Assembly: GCA_043228905.1 (NCBI GenBank)
Contig: JBHGNT010000001.1
Span: 36,084,001-36,148,000, forward strand
From: Azolla caroliniana
Taxonomy: Eukaryota; Plantae; Polypodiophyta
DNA: 64,000 bases
Reading direction: 5' to 3'
Of this stretch, positions 39,969-49,712 are shown piece by piece; positions within the stretch are counted from its first letter, which is position 1; every line of letters begins with the position of its first letter. The notes beneath the pieces are model-generated. The model did not search any database and was not told the DNA's origin. It worked only from the letters and a program-made list of their open reading frames with translations. A program made the position numbers and the translations under genes.

Positions 39969-42900
39969 GCGAGCCGAGAAGGCTAAGAGGAAGGCGCGCG
40001 ACAACATGCCATCACAGCGGGAAGAGGCCGAACGACAAAGAGAGCCGACAAGGGTCGGCGTTGGGGCTAGGATTACGGAGGCGTACGTAGCTCTCGAGGC
40101 GATGCTCGAGGGAGAGGAAAGATCAAGGCCGCAAGCCGAGACAGAGGAGACGGACTTGCCCCACGCGACGGCGGAAGATCGGTACAACGGTACCACGGGA
40201 GAGGGCGCGAAAAAAACCCCCTCTCGACTTGCGGAGATAGAACGCCCAAGGACGAGGCCAAGATACCGATCGCAGGATCAGAACATTGGAACCAGCGGTG
40301 TCGGGCGTGTCAGCCCGAAACCCCGGTCATTGGAGAAGCGAGCCAAGACGGGGCTTGCGCGATCGGTAAGAAGACGACCGCCGACCACGAAGAGTCGGTG
40401 GCTACGGACAAGGGCATAAAACGGGCAGGCGATTCTTTGTGTCTTCCCACACTTGCTCCCGAGATGATGGCAGTCGGGCCCAAGTGCCCACGTGAGTCCC
40501 AAGCGGAGGAAGGCGGCGGCGAAAGGCCAAGAATCACCGGCGAGACGATATGGGGAAGGGGCGGACGAAAGCCCACGGACCTGATTCCGGAGAACTCGGC
40601 GTTCAGGTCCGTATGCCCATGTAAGACCGAGGAGATGGATGGCGGTACCGAGGAGTCCTGGCACGATGCCAGCGAAGATGGATGGGAGATGGCCAGCGAA
40701 AGGAGTGACAAGGAGACCAAGGAACGACCCGACCGGGGACCGAACCACGTGACGCTCCGGTACGGGTGGAGCGTGAACCGGTCGTGGATTGTTCGATCGG
40801 GGCCAGAATCGGCATAAAGGTGCCAATACGGGAGAGGGTGCGGGACAAGCCGCCCTCTTTTACATGGGGAGAAAGACCGACCGGGCGAAGGTCTAGAATT
40901 CGAAGGAAGGTGATCAAAGGTTTGGAACGAGTCTGGCAAGGTCGGCATCGGAGCCGAAACTCCCGACATTGGAGAATCAAGCTCAGGCGGGGCTTGATTT
41001 ATCACAGAGCGGATGCTATCCACCGACACCACTAAAAGGGGCGGTGGCCCGGACGAGTTGCAAAAAGACGTTACGAAATCGGTTACGCCACATCTTATCC
41101 GGAGACTTCGGTTGTTCAGCCGACGAGGCAACGTAAGACCGAAAGAGATGGAAGATGGAGGCGGGAACGCAGCAAGGAGAGCAACGACAAGTTCGGGAGA
41201 AGTACAAAGGACGAAGAGGAGAACGAAGACCGGCCGTACAGAGATCCTTACACCGATCCGGCTGTCGGCCCGAGTGCCGGCGTGAGTCCTATAGGAGAGA
41301 TCGGTGGCGACCGGAAAACGGGACCCAACAATCCGGGGAAGGACGAACGGACCCGGACGAGAACCGGGCGGAGCGGACTCCCGGACGACCATTCCGGGAG
41401 GGAGGAAGAGAGCAGGCCTACGAAGAGGCCGAGGAGACCGTACGTCGGTACCACGGGAGAGGGTGCAGAGTAAACCGCCCTCTCGGCATGCGGAAAAGGA
41501 CGACCCGGGACAGGGTCAGGAAGACAAATTGGAGGCCCAAGGAGGATCCTTCACACCGGTTCTACAGAAATCGGCGGTCGGCCTAAAGTGACGAACGGTG
41601 GCAGCGAGGGGACGAAGGCAAAGGGCTACGGATGGGCGATCTACGGAGATCCTCACACCGATCCGGCGGTCGGCCCGAGAGCCGACGTGAGTCCTATCGG
41701 AAAGGACGGTGGCGGCAGGAGAACGTGATCGGACGACAGGAGGTGACGAACAACAAGGAGGTATCAGGCCGGCGAGGCGGCCACGAACCTAATCGGACCT
41801 TCCGGCACGGTCAGTGGGCGTAAGGAAGTCCGGTCCTATGGGATCCCCACACTTAACCAATGAAACGGGCAGTTCGGCCAACGTGGCAACATGAGACCGA
41901 GAGAGAAGGTCGGTGGCGGCGGGAAGCGGGACCTGACTACGCGGAAGACATGAGGAGAGTCCGGGAGGGACTCAAACAAAAGACACCCGAATTTCGCCAA
42001 GCATAGAAACGGAGCCCGGTCCTATGGGACCCTCACACCGATCCGGAGACCCCGACAGTTCGGCCAACGTGGCAACGTGAGACCTAGGGAGAAGGACGGT
42101 GGCGGCAGGGAACGGGACCCGACGACACGAGGTAGCGGATAGGGAGCCGGTAAGACGGGCGGACGAAGTGCGAAACCCTCACCGGCCGATTACGGTTTCG
42201 GAAGGTGTGTTAGGCCGGAAAGGCACACCTGGGACGGAACAAGAGTCTCGCAAGTGGCCATCGCGGGCCGGATCGAACCGTGACTGCGGGACGGTGTTCG
42301 GCGCGGGTGGAAGACGGCACAAGGGAGGTGTCGGGAACGAGGTGACGAGTGCGTAGCGGGCTACTACGGGGTGTTCCTCAGATGAGAAGGACACTAGTAT
42401 GCGGGTGAGCCGCGATGCACGATCTAGCCGAAAAAGGGGGGCCGACAAGGCGTGTAATGAACCGGAGTACGGCACAGGCAGTGCCAAACAACGGACGAGG
42501 GTATGTGGCACACGGAGGTGCCGGAGCGGGAAGGCGAGCGCGGAGACAGTGGCGGAAACCGGGGTGGAAGGGGCAAGTCGGTGGTGTGCAACATGTGCAC
42601 ATGTATACTAGGATATGGTGTATAGAAAGAGAGGGGAAATTTTTGTCCCACATTGTAAGGTCCCTCCCACCTTGGGCTATAAAAGGAAGGGAGGGGTCAC
42701 TTATGAAGGGGTTGCCTATTTTGTGCGAGTAAGGTATACCACTTAGTCTAGGGTTCTCCCTCTTCCCATTTCGTTTTAGGGTTAGGGTTTCGGTTAGGGT
42801 TTTCTTCTTGGGTTTCCCTTTAGGGTTTTCGGATAGTCATTTTGGTGCGGCCATGGCGGCCACCATTGTTGTAACCATTCGTTGTTTTAATATAACTTGT

Positions 42901-43106
42901 TGAGCATCTTGCCTCCGCCGATCCCTCCTTCGATGTCGTGGTCTTATTCTTTCCTCTTCTCCTCTTGAGCTAAGCCTCCATATCATGTCCTATTCTTTCT
43001 CCTCCACTCCCTAGTCCAAGACCCCCGTGGTCCCGCCCCTTCTACACGCACGCGCGTAACAACGCGACATCTTTGGTGAACCCGACGTGAAGGGCGGCAA
43101 GGGAGC

Positions 43107-43457
43107 ATGGAGATGGAAGAAGACTTGGACTTCGAGGAGATGATGGCAAAAATCGTGATGGAAGCCGGACGGAAGATGGCGAAGCGAGATGCGGCTCAAC
43201 AAGCCGTCGAAAGGGTGGTCGATCGAGTCGGCCGATTCAACGGGGACGATGTCCCGAGGTTCTTGGAAGCGTACGAGGCCGAGATGGCGAAAGGGGGCGT
43301 GGACGAGTAGATGCGGCTAGAGTATTTTCCTCGAGTGGCGGCCGCATCGGTGCACAAGGAGGTCAAGGAGCTACGAGAAGCTTACGAGTCGTGGGTGTCC
43401 TTGGAGGTAGCCCTATTGGAAGCGTGCGGATACGCGAAACCGGAGTGGGTATGCTGA
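43107..43457 (+). pseudogene. Element D Gag-like fragment with an internal TAG (43308-43310)
   Basis: AAQQAVERVVDRVGRFNGDDVPRFL; homology to B continues after the stop (MRLEYFPRV...VKELREAYESW). Confidence 0.65.
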
Positions 43458-43781
43458 CAACCCGATGGGGAGCGGTCGGCAACAACGTGGCCCGCGAGCG
43501 GCAGAGAAGAGAGAGCGGCGAGTGAGTACGCACTACTGCCGGAAGAGAGCTCAAAGCAAAACGGTTCGGAGGAGCTCGACCTAGAAGCGCTAATACGAGA
43601 GGCATGCGAGCTTGTGAAGGCGAAAATCGGAGCCGAAGAAGGGCTTGTTATGGAGATGGGCCGGAGGCGATCAGAGGATGCGGAGGAAGAAGCCTCCCTA
43701 GACGTAGAAGACGGGGCCTAGACGGAGGCCGGGAGAGCGTACGACGGCGAGATAGGAGAGGGTGCGGAGCAAGCGACCCTC

Positions 43782-46298
43782 TTGCCTTGCGGTGAAGGGA
43801 CGGCCATGGAGGCCGGTAACTACGGATTCGGGACATGGCGGCCCGAAACATTGAGTGAGGAGCGGACAAGCGGCGGTGCCGCGACCTTACACACACCGGT
43901 CCTAGAGACTCAGGCATCCGGCCCGAGAGCCGGTGTGAGACCTAGAGTGACGGACGGTGGCGGCGGCAAGGCGAGCAACCGAGACGACGGCATGGGAGAG
44001 ATGGTGGCAAGCGTAATCGAGGTTTGCGGAATCGGAGATGGGGTAGCCGCGGACAACGACGACCGGACGGAAGCGGATACTGACACAACGAGTGCCGGCG
44101 TGAGACCTAGAGCGACGGGCGGTGGTGGCGGCAAGGCGGCCTACCACGGCGACGAAGAGAACGAGGAAGAGATAGCCACGGACCACGGCGTCCGAACGAA
44201 GGTGGCTACGAACATGGCATCGGCGAGTAACGGTATCGGGACTTTTCCCACACCTATTCTAGAGACTTCGACAGTCGGCCCCGAGAGCCCACGTGAGACC
44301 GGAGAGACGGAAAATGGCGGCGGCAAAGCGGACGATCGAAACGACGACGAGGAAGGTCGTAGCGGACGGAGGCAAGACCTCTCGACACCGAGACCAGAGA
44401 CTACGGCGGTTGAGCTCGAATGCCAACATAAGACCGGAGAGAAAGGCGGTGGCCGTGAGGAGGTGTGGCCCGGAGCGAACACGTACGAAGATGAGGACGC
44501 GAGGCCCGGAACGGGCATATACGAGAGGACCGACGGAGAGGTCGGGAGCGGCAAAGAGGAGAGAGTCGGGAACCGACCCGACCGGAAGATGGACCGGTCG
44601 ATAATCCGACATGACCGGAAGACGACGCGGAAGGACATTGGAGCGGGGTCTGGTCAACCGGGCCCGAACCGAAGAAGAGCTGGCAAGGTCGGATTTGTTC
44701 GGACAAACATCTACCGGCCGGTTACGATTACGGAAGGGAGCCGACCTAACCGGAACTCGATCGGCCGAGACCGATCCGGGCGAAGGCAAAGTTGGCACGG
44801 TTGGAGGTCGAGGCGAACGGGCCACAACACCCGGTGGGAGCTGGTGAGCGTGAGAAGGAAGCTAACCGGGCACGGTGACTACGGCTTGGTAGAAGACCGA
44901 GAGCGAGAGGAGCCCTCCACATCTATCCTTGAGACTTCGGCGGTTGCGGATCAACATAAGACCGGAGACACGACGGGTGGTGGCGAGGATTCGGAGACCC
45001 GAACTGACGAGGCCACTAGAACAGGTACCCGATACGTGAAGACAGATGAGCACGGCCAAGACGGCAAGCCGGAGTCGAAAGGGGCTACGGCAAGAAAGAA
45101 CGAAGAGACCGACGCGGAGGTCGGGTCTACGACGGATGAGGCGCGTAATACGAAGTATGCACTACGACGTAAAACGGAGCATGCACTACGGCCAGCAAAG
45201 GGCCAAGAAGTAAGCATGCACCCGGAAGAGCGGCAACGAGTGACCGGCAATGGTGGACCGGTCGAGCCTTTGGGAGACAAGCACGCGGCGAGAGACGAAG
45301 CCGTAAGGTGCCGAGATCGGCGGATGGGTGGCGAGAGCGAAGGATGGTGCGCGGAGAACAACGGGGTACACACCGGGAAGAGAAAACGCAGCGGCTTCCC
45401 GGAGGACATACAAGGCCAAGCGGGCCAAGAGGGCGCAAGCCGAGGCGAGGCGGTAACAAGAGCCTCGAGGGACACCGACACGGAGGTCGGGAGGACGGTA
45501 CGCTCTACGGTGAGAGAGCACAACGGGCAAAGGAGAGGCAAGGAACGCGGAATGGGATCACCTAAGGGCCAAAGAATGAGCGCATATTCGGGGGACAACA
45601 TCGGCGCACGAGAAGAGCCCATGGAAAGCAAGCGCGGAGCAGGAAGAGTCGACACGCCGAGGTGTTTGGCATGCGGAGACGATAAAACCAAAGGGGGGAC
45701 ATACGTGGCACGAAAAGGGCGGAATCTGGAGTACGATCGGGGAGTTCAGGAGTGCACCCGGAGGACATACGAGCCTTTGCGAGGGATGCGCGCGGCGAGA
45801 GATGGAGCGGTGAGGTGCCAGTATCGGCGGATGATCGACGAGCGTGAAAAGCTATGTCTTGAGAACCGGAGGAGGTGCGTGGAGAGCAACGGGCTACGCG
45901 TCGGGAAGAGGAAGCACGGCTTCCCGGAAGGCATGCGAGGCCAAGCGGGCCAAGAGGACGAGAGCCGGGATGAAGCGGTAACGGGAGTCGCGAAGGACAT
46001 TGACATGGTGGTCGGGATGACAGTACGCTCTACGGCAAGAGAGCACGACGAGCAAGGGAGAAGCAAGGAGCGCGTAATGGGGTCACGTAAGGACCGAAGA
46101 ACGAGCACGCATTCGATGGACGACAACGACGCACGGAAAGTGCCTACAGAAGCCGACTGCAGAACGAAGGGAGTCGGTACGAGGTGTTCGGGGCGAGGAG
46201 AAGGTCGAGCCGGAGGTGGAACACACACGATACGCGAGGAGCGGCACCCGACGAGCAATCGAAGTAATCGGGGTCTAACCGGAGGACATGCGTGGTGA
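43782..46298 (+). CDS. Element D long hydrophilic repeat-containing ORF (838 codons), unknown function
   Basis: Uninterrupted frame rich in G/E/R/T; four in-frame TP.LET...GGG repeats and a duplicated ~100-aa module; begins at TTG, so probably once continuous with the upstream gag. Confidence 0.5.
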   Translation: MPCGEGTAMEAGNYGFGTWRPETLSEERTSGGAATLHTPVLETQASGPRAGVRPRVTDGGGGKASNRDDGMGEMVASVIEVCGIGDGVAADNDDRTEADTDTTSAGVRPRATGGGGGKAAYHGDEENEEEIATDHGVRTKVATNMASASNGIGTFPTPILETSTVGPESPRETGETENGGGKADDRNDDEEGRSGRRQDLSTPRPETTAVELECQHKTGEKGGGREEVWPGANTYEDEDARPGTGIYERTDGEVGSGKEERVGNRPDRKMDRSIIRHDRKTTRKDIGAGSGQPGPNRRRAGKVGFVRTNIYRPVTITEGSRPNRNSIGRDRSGRRQSWHGWRSRRTGHNTRWELVSVRRKLTGHGDYGLVEDREREEPSTSILETSAVADQHKTGDTTGGGEDSETRTDEATRTGTRYVKTDEHGQDGKPESKGATARKNEETDAEVGSTTDEARNTKYALRRKTEHALRPAKGQEVSMHPEERQRVTGNGGPVEPLGDKHAARDEAVRCRDRRMGGESEGWCAENNGVHTGKRKRSGFPEDIQGQAGQEGASRGEAVTRASRDTDTEVGRTVRSTVREHNGQRRGKERGMGSPKGQRMSAYSGDNIGAREEPMESKRGAGRVDTPRCLACGDDKTKGGTYVARKGRNLEYDRGVQECTRRTYEPLRGMRAARDGAVRCQYRRMIDEREKLCLENRRRCVESNGLRVGKRKHGFPEGMRGQAGQEDESRDEAVTGVAKDIDMVVGMTVRSTAREHDEQGRSKERVMGSRKDRRTSTHSMDDNDARKVPTEADCRTKGVGTRCSGRGEGRAGGGTHTIREERHPTSNRSNRGLTGGHAW

Positions 46299-49130
46299 GC
46301 GAAGGAAGGGAGACCGGATCGGCAACGGTGTTCGGGATGGCCGGTCGAAGAAGAAGGTGCATGCGCCGGACATGGCGGATAGGATGGAGCCGACGGTTCG
46401 GGGAAACGCAGTGGACGTGGTGGATCGGATGGAGTCGGCGGGTCGGGGCCGGCAAGACGGATCGGCGCCAGCAAGGGACCGGCAAGGCGGTTGGGTGTCG
46501 GTAAGGCGAAAGACCCGGTTAATTACCGTCGCCGAAATCTCTCACCCTTTTCCTTTCTTGGCACATACCGGTGGATGTGCGGTTTGGTGGGGGTGGATGT
46601 CGTGAAGATTTTCGTCCATAGGCGGAAACCGGGGTGGAAGGGGCAAGTCGGTGGTGTGCAACATGTGCACATGTATACTAGGATATGGTGTATAGAAAGA
46701 GAGGGGAAATTTTTGTCCCACATTGTAAGGTCCCTCCCTCCTTGGGCTATAAAAGGAAGGGAGGGGTCACTTATGAAGGGGTTGCCTATTTTGTGCGAGT
46801 AAGGTATACCACTTAGTCTAGGGTTCTCCCTCTTCCCATTTCGTTTTAGGGTTAGGGTTTCGGTTAGGGTTTTCTTCTTGGGTTTCCCTTTAGGGTTTTC
46901 GGATAGTCATTTTGGTGCGGCCATGGCGGCCACCATTGTTGTAACCATTCGTTGTTTTAATATAACTTGTTGAGCATCTTGCCTTCGCCGATCCCTCCTT
47001 CGATGTCGTGGTCTTATTCTTTCCTCTTCTCCTCGTGAGCTAAGCCTCCATATCATGTCCTATTCTTTCTCCTCCACTCCCTAGTCCAAGACCCCCGCGG
47101 TCACGCCCCTTCTACACGCACGCGCGTAACAACGTGACAGCGGTTCAGAGGTAGCGCGGAGAAGGCCAAAAAGGGATCCTCCACACCGTTCCGGAGACCA
47201 TTGCGGTTCGAGCCGACGCGGCAATGTAAGACCATGGAGAAGGAAGGTGGCGGCGAGAGGACGAAGGCAACGCGAAACAACATGGGACGGCAATCAGGAC
47301 GATGCGAATGATCAACGGAGGCCAAGCGGGCCGCTACTGGCGTTCCCCAAGCGGAGGACATCGGGCATACGGCGGGGAGTGGGGCGTTCATACGGCCGAA
47401 CAAGGGCCATCGGAAGTACGCGTACTACGAAGATCGCGGCAGAGGACCCATCGACGGGTCGAACGAGCCTACGGGGAGGTAAGCGCGAAGGAAGAACCAA
47501 AGCCGACGGATCAAACCGACAACGAGCCGGGATGCGGATCACGGAAGACCGGTTTCTCACCGGCCGAAATCTCTCACCCTTCACCGGATTTGGCATGTAC
47601 CGGTGGACATGCGGTTAGGTGGGGGCGGATGTCGTGGAGAATTTCGGCCAGAGGCGGAAACCAAGAAACATTGGCTACATTGGTGGGATGCAGCATGTGT
47701 GCTCACCCGTGTACATTTAGTGTGAATAACGAGGGCGTCTTTATGGCGCCGAAGAGTAGTCAAGTCGGGACAGACGATCCCATGTAAGTCGGGATTTATC
47801 CCACATTGTAACGCATCCCTCTCCTTGTTCTATAAAAGGAAGGGAGCGCCCTTTGTGAAAGGGGTTGCCCATTTTGCGTTAGAGGGTATACCGTTAGATT
47901 TAGGGTTAGTTACATTTCTTATTCTTCTTCTTCTTCTTCTTCTCCCCCTTCGTGTTCGCTTAGGTTTTGCTTCAGCTCGTCTCCTGCGCAAGACCCCGCT
48001 CGGCGCGACAAGCCCGTGAGCTCCCCGACCGGCGGCTTGGCAGGTGACGACTACTGTAACCTACCTTGGCCCGGCTCGAAGCCGGGAATGTATTCTTCCT
48101 CTTATATATATATATACATTTGCGTATGTCTGTGTATATTCGCGTCTCTGTTGGTGTCGGGTGCTTCCCCTTTCCTGCATTTCCTGTACATAAGGGCGTG
48201 AGCCGGGTCAGCCTGTGTGTGTCTGTGTGCGCGTGTGTGTGTGCGTGTGTGTGTGTGTGCGAGTCGGTGTTAAGCTCGCGCTCCCTCTCTTTCTCTCTCT
48301 CTCTTCGGTTGCCTCCGGTGTGCTTCTAGGATGCCCCGGAAACGGTGAAGTACGACTTCCTACGCTCCGTCACTCTCTAGTCCAAGACCCCCGTGGTCCC
48401 GCCTTTCTCCACGCACGCGCGTAACAACGCGACAACGTATTGGCTTGGCTAGATCACTTTGATAATGTCCCCGGCTATCATCAATGGAGTGATGACAGAA
48501 AAGCCCTAGAATTGCGCACAATATTGGAAAATGTCGCAGCAACCTGGTTTATTCAACAACCAGAAGAAGTAAAACAAGATTGGTCATACCTGCGCGAACA
48601 ACTGGTACAACACTTCGCCAATAACGATATAACACAAACAACCCTGCAACAATTAGGTAACATGCGTCAACAAGCACATGAGCCAGTAGCACAGTTTGCA
48701 ATAAGATTAGAGTAGATCCAAACATGAAAGAGTCTATGAAGCTATATTTCTTGCTACCAAGGCTGAGACATGACATCTATAGGAGAGTAAAAGATCAAGG
48801 GCTGACAACCTTCCAACTGGATGTACAGATCACCCAACGTATAGAAACACCTGATTATATGGAATTGTCGCAGGCACCTACAATGCCACAACAAAACAAT
48901 CAGAAGCATCAAGTCGAATCCACAGCATGCCTAATGGATATTGACATCCAAAATGCACAGATTAATGCTAGGAAGCAACTCCCAAGTCGAGACACTCAAG
49001 GACGCCCCCGTTGTTTTTACTGCAATAATTATGGTCATGTTAAGAAATATTGCAGGAAATTCGCCGCATCTAAACACCATCAAAACACACAAATCCAGTT
49101 GGTTGATTCCACATCTCTTGCCGACATACA

Positions 49131-49179
49131 GGAAAACATCAATGCGGGACGTTGAAGGAAGAGCAACTCCCGCACTTCC
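49131..49179 (+). promoter_or_regulatory. Putative -1 programmed ribosomal frameshift signal at the element A gag-pol junction
   Basis: G_GAA_AAC heptamer in gag phase, 5-nt spacer, stem TGCGGGA(C)GTTG / CAACTCCCGCA, loop GGAAG complementary to the adjacent CTTCC; pol is in the -1 frame. Confidence 0.7.
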
Positions 49180-49712
49180 AAGCCGCTACATCTTCCAGCC
49201 GAATAGTCTGCTCCACAATCGCACTTATTCAGAATACATCACATGAAGCATTACTAGATTTAGGTAGCACAATCTCTTCAATTAGTTTAGATATAGTTAA
49301 TCAATTGCATTTACCAACATCATCTGCACCACTAATCCATGTAATTTTTGGCGACAAGCAAAAACTCTATAAATCATTCACACACGCACATTGCACTTTC
49401 ACACTAGCACAACATACTTTCGTCCATTCATTCTATGTCCTACCAAAACAACTCTTTCCTTTAACATTAGGATGTGATTGGTTTGTTAAGCATGGGGCCC
49501 AATTGCATTTTGACACACAGACATTAGTTCTTCCACATCTTAGGCCTTGCACCAGAATTCCCCTTCTTAACACACTTCATACTAGCACACAGGTCATGCA
49601 TACTCAAATCCAAATAGAACCAGCACAATCATGTTTGACCGATCTCCGTCGCCTACTCGGGAAGTTCCCGAAAATCTTTATGAAGACAGAAAAAACCACT
49701 CAAGTAACTTTA

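Larger units (their letters stand above)
42551..47139 (+). mobile_element. Element D: pol-less LTR element related to B, nested inside B
   Basis: 3' LTR 46598-47139 (542 bp, TGTCG...TGACA); 5' LTR 42551-43069 lacks its first bases; about 6 differences between LTRs; Trp PBS; pre-PPT motif like that of B. Confidence 0.9.
31721..48434 (+). mobile_element. Element B: pol-less LTR element with partial gag (TR-GAG/LARD-like)
   Basis: 5' LTR 31721-39565 (split by C) and 3' LTR 47630-48434 (805 bp), TGTCG...CGACA; 4-bp TSD ACGT; PBS at 39570; G-rich PPT; no RT, RNase H or integrase motifs inside. Confidence 0.9.
31500..49155 (+). pseudogene. Element A gag (31500-31720 joined to 48439-49155), disrupted
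   Basis: RPRSFSGLPTEDV joins LAWLDHFDNV in frame across B; zinc knuckle CFYCNNYGHVKKYC; TAG at 48713-48715 followed by a frameshift. Confidence 0.85.

Noticed and set aside
40073-46485. Many minus-strand ORFs in B and D (e.g. 360, 246 and 242 aa)
   Set aside because: No recognisable motifs; expected from GC-rich, strand-skewed sequence.
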